The position numbers and the translations under genes were made by a program. Positions 23,840 to 37,207 of a stretch of DNA of 64,000 nt are shown one piece after another. This DNA is from Azolla caroliniana. Its lineage: Eukaryota; Plantae; Polypodiophyta. Positions within the stretch are counted from its first letter, which is position 1, and each line of letters starts with the position of its first letter. The notes under the pieces are model-generated. The model made no database searches and had not been told where the DNA came from. It saw only the letters and a program-made list of their open reading frames with translations. Location: contig JBHGNT010000006.1 of the NCBI GenBank assembly GCA_043228905.1, positions 6,572,001 to 6,636,000 on the forward strand, given 5' to 3'.

Positions 23840-25182
23840 CATGCAATTTCCTTTTCATTCAAACACTGTCTGTATTAAAATAAGATGGAAATTTGCTTCC
23901 AATGGGACTTGAAGTCTAATGGATTGTCAAAATAAGATACGATATGAACGCTTCAACCCAATGAAATATAAGCTTTAAAGACCGGAGTCACTATTCAAAC
24001 CATACACACTCAATACATGTGTTGGTATACAATTGTCACGCTATGTTTTTTATGTTGTTGGCAGATGCATAATATTCCAAAGGTCTTTCATTGTTGCCAA
24101 CAGAGAAAAAAATGTGATTCAGTTACAAGTATATCCACATACCCATACAAGATATCTTGATGGCAATTGGTCTACAACATATACTTTGACATTGGCCATG
24201 TTGTCTGTCTTCTGTGCTTACACCACATCCCAAACAATACTTCAGTCTATTCCTGGGGGTTGATTAAGAAATGGCACAATAAATCTATTGCAGTGCATCA
24301 CATCTCCATATCTATTCCACCCTTCATGAAACACTACAGCTCTAGTTGATTCAAAAGAACACATTAAACTTGTTTTGTTTTAAGTCTTAATTTTTGCTTT
24401 TTATTAGCTAATCCTAATTTTCCAATGCTCTTTTCTTTTGTTGATAGAAGCTTAATCTACTGGTTTGTTGGTGTTAAGTACTACGATTATTTCCCAATTG
24501 TGCTCTTTCTTCTAATTGTTATGTGAATAGGTAACGATATATATGCCAAGCATATCGTAGCAAGTTTCATAACATTGATGGTACAAACGTACCATCCGAA
24601 ACTCTAATACTTATGTATGCCAAGAATATTGTAGCAAGTTTCAAAAACATTGATGGTACACTACCCATCAATCCCAAATATATGGCTTTTCTTGTTCCCT
24701 AATGGCATCATTTTGTTCTTGCTCTTTCAATTGTAAAATTGTCATTAATTCGTAGTCCATTTGGTTGGTGTACATTAAGCTCACAAAGGCACTAGAAAAA
24801 GGGGGGATAGAGTAAATCTCGCTTAAAAAGCTTATAGCCAAATGTTTGCCCTAATGTGAAAGGAGCCCAACCTCATTGTAAAAATCTATAAAAGGTTAGT
24901 TTAATGCTTCTTCCTACTTGGTTTCTCTTTTCTTCTTTTACAACTATGAAAGACCTTTCGAATATTCTGCACTTGCCAACAATATAAAAAACGTAGTGTG
25001 ATATTTGTGTACGTATAGAATGTATTGAGAGTGTAAGAGTTAAATAGTGACTCCTTTTTTTAACACTTATATTTGATTCGATTGAAGCGTTCATATTGTA
25101 TCTTATTTTTACAATATCTTAGACGTCCAATCCCACTTGAAGCAAATTTAATACCGATAGTGTTTGAATAGAAAGGAAATTG
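23840..25182. repeat. Diverged inverted repeat pair (about 23840-24105 and about 24935-25182)
   Basis: The reverse complement of the left arm aligns with the right arm (gaagcgttcatat, aatagtgactcc, tgaaagacctt, gaagcaaattt). ORFs 24033+ and 24873- share YVFY.VG.C.IF.RSFIV. Confidence 0.85.
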
Positions 25183-25350
25183 AGTACCACATCAAGTTTC
25201 AACACCCCTTTATAAGTTGTTTTTGTATGTACAGGTTTTACATACAATGTCTTTTATTCTACGTTGTAAGCCTCTGGGCAGATAACTTCAAGTTGTAGCC
25301 TTCAGACATTTCTTAGTACTATTGAAGAAAATCTTTCAAGAAAATAAAAA
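25183..25350 (+). mobile_element. Short 5'-truncated non-LTR (LINE/SINE-type) insertion with target-site duplication
   Basis: Flanked by the direct repeat TAGAAAGGAAATTG (25169-25182 and 25351-25364). Ends in the A-rich tail gaaaataaaaa. Confidence 0.65.
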
Positions 25351-25949
25351 TAGAAAGGAAATTGCATGGGTGATCAAAGTAAACAACCATTGGCTAAATG
25401 GGTATCCTTGATAGACTAATCTTATGAAGGCAATTTCTAGATTGCATCTAATGTTAATCATTACTTGGGAGTTGAGACACAACTTCGTGCCCTTTTTGTT
25501 GTCTCGAGTGTGTAACATTGAACACACATCCTAGACTTGGTCGGAAGCATAGCTCATTATCAAGGTCATGATATGGAACTAGATCAACACTGTACTTTAT
25601 TGGTACTAACACAAATGGAAGCAGCTACCATGTGCTTTTAAGTAAGACTTCAATGACCACTCAAACTTGAGCAATGTAAGTAGTTATGAGACACACCTAT
25701 GAAAAATACATGCTTATATTAAACATGGAACTACAAGCTCATCCAAATGATCAGCACAAGGCTAAGTATAAAGCACTCAATATTAATTCACTAGGTGAGA
25801 GAGGGAGAGGGTTGGGGATAAAGAGAGTCCTTATGAAAGGAAACAAATGCGATTTATGGCCTTAGATTCAAGATTTTCAACTCTTTTTCTCTTTCAATAG
25901 CTACATAAAAATATAAGGTGAGACATATACATATAGTCCAAAAACCATA

Positions 25950-27250
25950 GTAACAAGTACACATCAATCATCAATCAACAAGTGATGTAATCTTTCTCCA
26001 AACTTAATTGTGTTCACACTCAATTCTTAATGTGAATGTTAGGCATGATACATAACCATTTGAACTTTAAGCACATTACATTAAATGTCCATACCCATCA
26101 TCAAACCATGTTGAGTTGGGTGTATTAATTGTGGCAAAATGTCTCTAACCATTTAGCCAAGACCTTCACAAACACCTTAAGGTGACATTCCTTTTGGAGC
26201 CAATTTGACAAGGCCCATCCTAGAAGCTTTAGGTACATAACAATAATCCCAACATTGTAGAAACAAACCAACTAGTGACCCTTTTAAGATACAAGAATAT
26301 TGCATAGAAACCTCATTTGCAAGTCATACCAACTAGAACTTACCCCTTTCTCAAATTATATGCTTCCAATTTATTATATGGCTAACTATATCATAAAACT
26401 CATGTCGTGCTTTATCAATTCATCAACAAGAACGATCTGCAACCCAACAAACCCTTAATGGGATTAACACATTGTAATTGTTATAGCTAGATCCACCACA
26501 AACTTAGGTTCTTTCTTCACACGTATCACATTAGATCAAGTATAAGTGAGATTGATTATCTATAAGCCCATCTTATAGTTCTCATATCTTAGAATTTTGA
26601 TGACTCGGACAATGCAATTGATGTATAAAAATTTGTCAATGTATTTGTTTATAATGCATTATACCAAGAAGGGATTCATGAGAAATGATGAAGTAAATAT
26701 TGTCGTTGTTGGGTGTTAATTAACCCATACATTTATTGAATGATCATAATATCCTAGGTATTAAATCACAAGCCTCCAATTCCATTCTATTCACTTCTCG
26801 TGGAAAGGGCACTAAATTTTGTTCCATGAAAGGTTCAAAATTGAGAGTGTACCAATAGAGAAGAGATGGTTATTCCAAGAAAGGATTAATACACATTTAT
26901 TGAGTGTTGCAAAAGTCAAAACCAAGGGCGATGTGGTCATAAGACCCAGTGAGAAATTCAAGTAAAAAGGATTCATCATGCATATGCAAATCGAAATTTG
27001 CTTGTATTGTGTTGATGGAAAGGTAAAATGTGTATCATCCCATTGTAGTGATGTACATGAAGTCAACTTACGAACTTGTGAGGCCAATTGTGTCCTAATG
27101 TTTTGCTTATCATCATCCATGATTGAGTGTTGTGAATTAGATTGTGATGCATCAAAACACATATTGAAGTCACTCAAAAGCAATCTTAGACGACCCACAC
27201 ATGAAGTCTGAAGAAGTGAAAGCTATAACGCAATGTCTTGAATAACATCA
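25950..27250 (-). mobile_element. Decayed LINE remnant (APE endonuclease/RT region)
   Basis: Minus-strand LLLSDFNMC...HFTFPS resembles the GDFN...FTF motifs of LINE endonucleases. Downstream sequence is broken by stops; boundaries are approximate. Confidence 0.45.
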
Positions 27251-27329
27251 ATAGGTGCACGACAAGGGACAAAGTGAGGATGTTGTGGTAATGCCTCACT
27301 TGATTGATTGTTCATTTCAAATGATTATT

Positions 27330-27620
27330 TAGCTCCTCTGTATTTGCACCACATAAATGAATAGAGTGAACTAGGTCATAACATATAAGCATACTCATTC
27401 TAATTACCCTTCTAATAACTTCTTTTTTCATAAAAAAATATCCTCCATTGATATAAAAAGAGTCCACTATTACAACGAATATTGCATGTGAATGTGGTTG
27501 CATCATGTTTTAGACTTGATTTCAACATACATTTGATTTAACATTGGATAACCATATATCCATTGTGGTTTATTCCAATCCCTTTTATCATTGCATTCCA
27601 GGATGCAATGTCCCTTGCAA
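27330..27620 (-). pseudogene. Decayed PPR fragment
   Basis: Minus-strand translation ARDIASWNAMIKGIGINHNGYMVIQC*IKCMLKSSLKHDATTFTC matches the PLS-PPR consensus and has an internal stop. Confidence 0.75.
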
Positions 27621-29989
27621 GCTACACAACATTTTGCAAATAAGTCGACCAAATTGCTTCCAACAAAAAGATCTTTTTCATATCCTTTTAGAAGGATTTT
27701 AGTATGTATTTTTTAACTTCATTGAGAGCATAAATGCTACTACATGCTTTTAAGACAACACCATATATGCCACATTTTTCCTATACAATTTCCTACATGT
27801 GAGCTATATCCACAAACTAAAAGTCCAGTAATTAGTGAATTCCATGAGGTGCCATCATGTATAATAATCATTATTATTATTATACATGAGCAAGGATGGC
27901 ATGTCCTCAATTATCATAAAAAATGTAAACACAAACAATTGAGAATGGATAGCGAGTGTCAAGTATATTGTGTGTATGAAACCGCTTCGATTTCTCAACT
28001 TTCAACATGATAGGATTTATTCTAAAATGTTATACTAAAACCAAGAATTTGAAACAACTTATCAATAATGGAATTACATTGACTTTGGGTTATCTAGAGA
28101 CGAGGACCTTCTACAATAGGAGGGCATAAATGATATAATATTACCACTATCTAGAAGTCACGGACCACGGTGCATTGAAATCATTCTAGAATTGTCCAAA
28201 TATTTTAAAAAGGAAATAGTGCGCTCCAATGTCTTGTAATTGGAAAGAATGGTAAATATTGAAGGTAAAATGCTACAATTGTGAACTAGTTAGCCTAGTG
28301 GTTGATTATCATAGCCATAACATTATAATTTCAAACCCCTCAAACATAACGCCCGACATGTGTTCATGGTACTACATCATGTACTTGACTATAATTTTGG
28401 ATGGATGTACGAACCCAAGTGAAGGATTTGCGATTATAATTTTTGCATTGAGCATGTTATAGTGAGCAAAGAATCAATACACTAATCATTTGATTAGGAA
28501 CAAATATTTAATGACAAAACATATTGCGGTAATTGAATGATTAATCCACTTCCCAATCACTAGAAATATTTAATGATTAAAAAGGCTTACTTCATCATTT
28601 GATTAGCTATGAATTATTAATAACATTAAAATTTTGAATTATCATGATTGCAATGACTACCTAACGTTTATTGTCAGTAGATAGTGTGCCTTGCATGACT
28701 GGTAAAACCACATTATCAATGCTTAAAGATGAATTATGCTACCATTAATGACATGTTTTTTAGATGGATATTTAAAAATACTTGTCATTACACTTTACGC
28801 AATGATTTCATCTACATGGAAATGTAACGTGAAGCAAGCTCTAAACTAAAAGTCTAGACATAAAGGTAAGAGTTTGTAAGCCCAATGTTTCAAGAAATAA
28901 GTTATCAAAACCATCAAGTGATCATTGAAATGTTAACTACAAGAATATTTTATGAAGAATATACATCATTATGGTGACCAATGTCTTATTCTACTCCTAC
29001 ATCCTTCTTTGTGATACATGACAAGAGAACCATGCAAAACTATTATAAGTACCTCCAATGTGTACCATATTTTACTCTACATCATGGATCATATCCTTAT
29101 TTAATATATCTTGTAACTTCTTGACCTTTTAACAAATAGGTGGAGAAGTGCTAGATAAATGTAGAAAACCCCCATCCTCTTGCTCAACCACTATATGTAG
29201 TATAAGGTAGGAAAAGAGGACAATTCATACAAAATACTCAATGTTGATAAGTGACGGTCAATGTTCAAGAATTTTTTTAATAAACTTTGCAATTGAGAAT
29301 GAACGTTGTCACTCAAAGTGTGGAAAGCAAGGTTGAATGTGATCTAAATTGAAGCATTATAGGACATTAATATTTCAACTCACTTCCATTTTAACATTGT
29401 TTTCATTCATATTCCTTTAAGCATTTGAGGTTCGACACCTTAATGATTTCATCCCTTCCATGTGGCCAATGTCTTAGGCTCTACACACACATCCTTAATT
29501 GCCAAGAAGGAAAGTGATGCATAAAGGAGAATGATGACATTTTGCCTCTCCAATATTTGATTGCTTGTTTGGCTCTTAAAACGTACACAAAGTCCATGAA
29601 AGAGAAAACTTGCATGTGTCATTATTGAAAGAACATCAAACAATTATTAATATTAAAGCATGTAATAATCCTTAAAATTGTGTGTGCGCGCGAGTGCGCA
29701 TGTGAAAAATCATTTGTATCTCCACCTAAACACTACCTTTTATCATTGGACAAATGCGATCTCATCCTTCTAGCTCCGCTACTTAGGAATCAAGCTTACA
29801 TAATAAAATATTGGATTAATAAAGTTGGTGGCAAAAGTTCCCTTTCTATCATCCTTCATTCTTTTGTGGTTCATTTTGCTAATCATCACATTATACAAGC
29901 TATTTTGCAAGGTCATTGCTTAGAGGTTACAAAAGTTCATGTATGTAATTGCTCACAAACGCCAAGATGGATTTATACACGGACGGGAG

Positions 29990-31400
29990 ATCATGCACAA
30001 TTTCCCAACTAGAGGTTACACCAAGGAGATAAAGTATAGTTTGGTTATGGTTTAATTAGATCTCAAAAAAGCAAACATAACATAATGTGAATTGATCATT
30101 TGTAATGAAGGTCATCATGCAAAATATCTCAAGAACTAGGGACTACACCAAGGAGATAAAGAAAATTCTAGTTAGGTACAATTAGATGTTAGAAAAGCAT
30201 ATTGTAATGTGAATTAGTCATTTATAATGAAGGTGACGTCTCACATGGGATTGTTGAATGTATGGCAAAGGTTATATGTACATTGAGAGAGGGCTCTCTA
30301 TCTTATCTTATTCTTAATGGTAAGATAATGGTAGAGTGTATCCCCCCCATGAAGGTAGTTGGCCTTCTTATATAGGTGTAAACACTATCCCCTATTAGTT
30401 TCACACTTGACTGCATTATTATAAGTGTTTGAGTGATGAAACACTTTAAAGTTATCTCCCATCATAGGATTGAAAATAACTCAATCCTTATCCTTCATTC
30501 CTTATGCATTACGCCATACTTAACCCTAAGGTTATAGAACTACATGTGTGATTATGCTTTTAACACATCTAATGTTGTAATGTTGCACAACATGGTTAGA
30601 CATGGGGAGTTAAACAAGCATTAGCAATAATCATGTTTGCTTTTTTGGAGGCTCACAAAATAACATTGCAAAGGGATTGTAGGTTTAGAAATTGTTTGCA
30701 ATAGCCTTTGATATGAAGATACAATATATACACAACTTTGTTCTCATCCCATGTACAAAAAGACATTTGGAGGCTCTTGGAAAATTATAAATGCGGTATG
30801 ATTTATTGTCGCATGGGTTATCCTATTAGTAGCAAATTGAAAATCTTTTGGTAAGAGTGGTCCAATGTTATCTAATGATCCTCACAACTTACAAGGATGG
30901 GTATTTCACACTCCCAATCAATCATAATTCCTATGGTATCATACTTTTTACCAAGGTTATCATGATGAAAAGCAACTATTCAAAAGTTAGCAATCTTAAT
31001 GAGGTTCAAATCATTGAAGAGAAAGGAAATTTTGGACTTTGGGTGGTTGACTTAGAGCCATATTTGCATGCCGAAACAACCTGACGGGGAAACTATATTA
31101 AAATGATGTGAAGGTATGGTGTCTCACCAATGCACATTTCTCAAGGCCATTTTAAAAGACAACCATGGATAGAAATTGTTAAGTACTATATAGAGAAGGT
31201 ATCAAGCACAATAACTTGTAAGACAAAGATCGCTTGCTCTTGGTGGTATGTGAAAGTGATAGACAAAATAAAGTGTTGAGTCTTCCTCAAAACTATCCAA
31301 GATGAACAAAATATTTGTAGGCTTATGGGAGATCATGTTTGCTATTTGCATTGATCATTAGGTAGACAATGAAATAGCTCATCAAGTAGAAAGTAAGTGA
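29990..31400 (+). mobile_element. Decayed LINE reverse-transcriptase remnant
   Basis: Degenerate LD.EKAY.NVN.SF motif (present twice, about 30055 and 30180), then HMG, LNG, a PLSPL-like piece at about 30380 and a GL.VVDL-like piece at about 31035. Many stops and frameshifts. Confidence 0.6.
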
Positions 31401-32085
31401 TGAGTCCATTAGGAGAGAGGATAGGGTTTCCTTGGTATTGCACCCCCACATGCATTGTAGCTATACATTTTGTAATAAATACACTTACTATTTGGGGGGG
31501 GGGGGGGGGGGAGAGAGATTTTCTAACAATATGTAGGTTGTGAAATATTCAATGCATGTGATGTCAATCTCTTTGCCAAGTCTACCTTTTTTAATTCTAC
31601 TTGCATATGACCACCCGCTCATTAATGTGTACCCCATTGATAACATGTGAACACATATATTTCAATAACATAAGATGTTCTTGTAGCCCATCTTGTTTTA
31701 CCACGTTGCAAAATCTAGCTCCATAAGTGTTTACCACAAAATCCAACCATCATCAAGCATGAATGCGTGTAAACAAAGCCAAATTATCGAGCTTCAAAGG
31801 CTCAAACACCAACCATTGCAAATTCTTTTAGAAATGTAACACCTACACTGCTAAATGCAAATGTAACAACAACGTCCACCTAGATTTGAGGAAAAGTTTT
31901 GTTAACACGTTGACAAAAACACGAAACCAAGAGTTGAATGAACTAGACACGTGAACAAGCAAATGAACATGAAAGGAAGTAATGGTGGCGGTGCACAAGG
32001 GAGTTATGTCAAACATCTATTTCTTCGTAGATTGAAACACTTTCATCATGTATTTAAATGCTATAAATTTATAAAAAAACACTAG

Positions 32086-32502
32086 TCTCGATGATTTTTT
32101 TGAATTCAAGAAAGAGCAAACAAAGCCCAAGGGCCAACACCCACACCCATATACACTAAAAAACACCCCTTAACAATTTCATTATAGCAAAACACAATGG
32201 TCTTGATGATTTGTTTGAGTTCAAGAAAGGGCAAACAAAGCCCAACCAACATCCACCCACCCACCCCCGAAAAAACACCCCTCACAATTCATTATAGCAA
32301 AACACAATAGTCTTGATGATTTGTTTGAATTCAAGAAAGAGCAAACAAAGCCCAACACCAACAACCCCCACATACCAAAGAACACCCCTTATAATTCATT
32401 ATAGCAAAACAAAATAGAGACTTGATGATTTATTTGAATTCAAGAAAGAGCAAACAAAGCCGAACACCCACACACACACAAAAAAACGCCCCTTACAATT
32501 CA
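32086..32502. repeat. Tandem array, about 110-115-bp unit x 4
   Basis: Each unit is cttgatgatttgtttgaattcaagaaagagcaaacaaagccc, a variable CA-rich tract, then ccctt(a)caattcattatagcaaaacacaat. Confidence 0.9.
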
Positions 32503-32843
32503 CATTGTCTAAATATACCTACCCAGGTATTATAATTATGTCTCTACAAAAGTTGCCCAAACTTGGAGCCATCTAAGCTATACCACCGGTTACGAGATTA
32601 GATGGTCGGAGGCATCCACAACTCGATCTAGGAGAAAAAGAAAATGTAACGGTTGATACGATGAACCATGTCAAGTGGCTGAATTGGGCATGTCTAAACT
32701 GCAATGTTGAGTGGGTTTAGATATAAATCGAGGTGAAAGTTAATGGATGCACATTGGGGCTTACATGCTAGATTGTATATGGGGTGGTGACATTGGTGAG
32801 CAACATGGATGTGGGTCATATATATATAAGACCTATGTGTAGA

Positions 32844-34695
32844 TCATTGGCTCAATGCAGAGAGCCTTTGAGATTGTGCCGTAATGAGTGTCGTGACAAC
32901 GGAATCGGGATGGAGCACGACTCCGTAGCCATCGGTTCCCATTGTGCCCTCGATCACATCGGAGCAAACTTGCCAAACAAGAGCACCGGCCGCCGGACCA
33001 TTTGCCATGGCCGATGCGTACACCGACTTGTAGATCGCCGCGAAAAAGCTCTCTCGCTTGAAATCTGTGTATTCCTGGTTTAGCTTGCTGTATCCGAACT
33101 CGGTGAATAGAACTGGTTTGTTTAGGATCGAGCCATCTTGGATGTGCGAGTCGACCCAATTCTCTAGGAACTCGACTTGTTGTGGAAATGTGGAAGAGGG
33201 GAGCCTGCATAGATAGACATCCAAATGGGATCATTTTCGACCGGGGATCATGTGAATAATCTTTTCCGATTAATGCCATGGCATGTGAGAGCCCTCTAAA
33301 TGACTAATGCATCTCAACTATCATCAAATCACATCATGTAAAACCCATCAAATCACTCATTTGCATTTTTTAAGAAGGCTTTGCTAAACATATGGTGGCA
33401 ATGCATACATTTTGAGTAGCCCTTTTTTGGAGTGCACCTACCAAATGTCCGGGTATGAATGTACTGTCGTGAAATCGACTGTCGAGATTTGGCCGAATCG
33501 GACGTAATCGGTCCCCGTGTATAGATTCATACCAGATGGATTGAATTGTTGCTTGTCCTCACTGCTCGGCCCATAGAAACCCTCGAGGCCCGCCTCCACC
33601 ATATGGTTGCCATCGATTGCCTTCACGAAGGCCGACATCTCCGTGATCCAAGCCTAATGTTTTACATCACACGTGCGATTCAGAAGTAGAGGAGACATTC
33701 TCCATATGAACCAAATCACAACAAACAAATAAACTAGAAGGTTTTTTCACATTTAAACCATTTCTTAACAAATTCCTACACCATGGTTGAGAAAGAGTTT
33801 AGAGTTGAGGGGAAAATGTAGTATATATGTACATGAAGCGTGTCACCGGAGGTGTCGATGAGGCAACGTGGCTCATTCATAAGCTCCCAAGCAAAAATGG
33901 TGGGATCATCCTTGTAAGCCACTCCATTGAGGGTATTTACTCTTGTGAGGACATACTAGAACAAACCCAAATACAAAAGGAGGGATTACAAAATGTACAT
34001 ATTATATGCATAGAATGCAAAACAAGTTACTATGGAGATAAATATAATACACAATTGTGATGAAAGACATTAGTATCTACCTTGACATAGCTCTTGTAGT
34101 ATGCTTTGGTAGTTGGATGAGTGAAGAAATGGTCGTCGGACGAGAGATCTTCGCCATTCGTGGCGCCCGCATGATCGTCGTTATTATTACGAGCCCATTC
34201 GACATACCTCGCCTTGCCTCCCATGTTGGGGTAGTTATTTGAGAGGCTCACGAGCACGCGTATGCCGAACCTTCTCGCCTCATGGATCACAAAGTCGAGC
34301 GCGCGGAAAGACGTCTCATCATAGTGGCCGGGGGAGAGTTGCATCGCGTGGTACGAAGACGCGGCACTCCCATCATTGAAGCCCCAAGTGCGGCATAGTG
34401 TGAAACCAGCGGAAGAGGCTTGTTGGAAGAGCGAAGTGATGAGGGATGGGGAGTCGACGGCGGTGTAGGCGAGGTAGTAGGCATTGAAGCCATTGACATA
34501 GAGTGGGTGACCATCTACGAAGAATTGGGTGGCGCGTGCCGTCGCGAAGTGAGTGTGGGGGTACACATTATTATTGCTTTGAGCATTGGTAGGGGTGATT
34601 GGGGGAGCACAAAGGGTGGTGGCAATAATGAGGATTAAGGAGGAGATGAAGAGGTGGGTTAGTGTGTTCATTGTAGTAATCACCCAAGGTGCCAT
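32844..34695 (-). CDS. Endo-beta-1,4-mannanase, glycoside hydrolase family 5
   Basis: Exons 34695-34081, 33955-33833, 33653-33442 and 33204-32844 splice in frame with GT-AG. Signal peptide. Motifs [36 protein letters not shown] (acid/base Glu), GLEGFYG, HSYPDIW and KPVLFTEFG (nucleophile Glu). Confidence 0.96.
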
Positions 34696-36989
34696 GTAAG
34701 TAATGGCTAGGTGTAGTTATAGATGCATAGAAAGAGAGTGAGAGAGAAAGAGAGCGATTTGCATTGTCACTATCTATGTGCCTACCCATATACATATACA
34801 TATGTATATGTAGTCGTGTAGCTATATTTGACTACTATTTACTACAACTACTATTACTGGTAAGTGGTACTACTACTCATGCTCACTTTTGCTTCTTTTA
34901 TTAGCCTTTGCTTGTGTTTTAAAGGAGGCATGAAAACATTTTTGTGTTTCTTTGGATCCTTCCCTGGTCCTACGTTCCAAATCCCTTTGGTTGTGTTCTA
35001 TGTGGCCCACCTATCCTTATTATCTCTCTCTCTCTCTCTCTCACTCGGGAAAGTTTCATCGTCTTGGGTAACACCATGACAAACTCTTAGCGACATTTAT
35101 CATCCCCATCAAATTCCAATAGCTGTACGCTAAAAGTATTGTTATCGAGAGCTCGCCCAATCCGATGATTGTCTCGTGTGTGTTTTTCTTTTAAGAAACC
35201 TTTGGAGGGAGCTTTATGTTGTGGAAAATGTGTCCTCCTTACATCATCATCAGCAGCACCACCACCACCCCCTTTTTGCTTCCTTTTCTATGGCCTTGGC
35301 ACAACATTGTAATCTCTAGATATCCATAGTGGCGCGCTCACATCTCATTGAATGACTACATACTTTTACCAAACCCTACACTCTCATGTCGATATAATTT
35401 ATTTTTTAAAAGAGCTTGGATTTCCCGCGAACATTAAAAAAACAAACACTCGAGAACATCATGGAACTCAAGCTTCATATTGTCTAGTATTTTAGACTAA
35501 AATTTCCCCTCCACACATGTTAGTAAGTGTTATTGCGAGATGATTCTTAATAAGATTGAGCATTATGAGAGGAAATTTTGAATTGAGATACTAGTATTTA
35601 CGTTTTGTGAATAGAAAGAGAAAATTTTATTGGTAAAGTGCAAGTTTGAATTTCTGTACTGAAATAGAATTATCAATGCTTTGTAGCTAAATTTGTTGGC
35701 AAGATAGAGAGAGTTTTGATTGGTAGAATTTACCCAAACATTTGAGGGATACAACAAGAAAAATCCAAGCTTTTGGAATTTATGTGTGTTAACTTTAGAA
35801 AAAATCCCGAATTTCATTAAGAAAATGTATGAGACTATGTTTTGTTAGATTCTGGGGAAACTATGGAGGAGACTTTGCTCTACATATGAAGCATGATACC
35901 CCCTTGTAATATTGAAAATATCGATTGCTAAAGAATGTAATGCAATTTCGTGTAGTTTAGTGGAAATGTATCATAACTACCCAAAATCTCCATCATCAAC
36001 TCACCTACTTTACCCCTCTCACTTTCTACGCATTCTGCTTAGGATAATGACTCTCCCTCTCTCTGTCACTCTTTGTCTTTGTCTTTTTCTAAAATCACGA
36101 GTCTATTTCACACTAAAATCGAGCATGTGAATTATGATTTTAAAGAGAGACAAAGGGGTGAAGCATGTGAGTTGAACATGAAGTTGAGGGACTTGTTATT
36201 TGAATGAGAGAGAGAGAGAGAGTGTGTGTGTGTGTGTGTGTGTGTGCGTGCGCGAGTAAGCAAGGGCGAAAGAGATAGATGATTATGATCAAAGGGTGGA
36301 AACTTGAAGCATGTACATGGAGATCTTCGAAGAAGAGAGGAACCATTTGTTTAATTTCGTCCCATCTATACCAAAGTCTTTGGGATGGGAGAGGGACATT
36401 TTGATTCATTATGATATATGACCATTAGACGGCAATTGGCACAATATCTCTTCTAAGAGGGAATAGAGTTGATATTACCCTTAATGCGTGGAGTCTGGTG
36501 AGTTTTAAGCTTTCCCAATATTTTAAAATTTTAACGTAAATATGTCAAGGGAAAATATTATATATGTAGGAGTAAAGAGCCCATGTAAAGATTCCTTTCT
36601 TAACCTTAGGATTAAAGGCTTCTTCCTTTTAACTTTACCACTTTCATGATTTAGGTAACCTTTTAAGTAAATAGGTTGTGTGTAGTTGAGATTACAAGCC
36701 GGATTCTTACGTATTTCTAACTAGATGAAATTAGGTGATGTTTTTTGGAATAAGCATACCGAATACAAAATCTCCCATGTGGCCCTTGTCTCGGTTGGTT
36801 CTCCATCTAATAAGCTTTTTATCTACACCTTTGGCGTTGATTTTTATCTCTTCCTCATGTAAAAAGGCCAACCACCTACACACACCCAACAAACATGTGA
36901 CCTCCATCTTCTAAAAGTCTATTGGTTGTTATACACCATAAGAGAACAACTCTTTTGGTGATAATTTTTGCTTTTTGATGAACCCTCAA

Positions 36990-37207
36990 AGTTGTCGAAC
37001 TAAACCTACACACTATGGAAGACAACGGTGTTATGGCTTATTCAACATTGAGTAACAAAGTATTCTCCACTGTCAAACTGCATTCATCCAAACGTTGAGT
37101 TGTCGAACTAAACCTACACACTATGGAAGACAACGGTGTTATGGCTTATTCAACATTGAGTAACAAAGTATTCTCCACTGTCAAACTGCATTCATCCAAA
37201 CGTTGAG
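36990..37207. repeat. Perfect tandem duplication, 108-bp period
   Basis: agttgtcgaactaaacc...catccaaacgttg at 36990 and 37098. Confidence 0.95.

Noticed and set aside
32086-32502. CRISPR-like array or box C/D snoRNA cluster (TGATGA in each unit)
   Set aside because: Eukaryotic context, no cas genes, linkers are homologous low-complexity sequence, and there is no CTGA box D.
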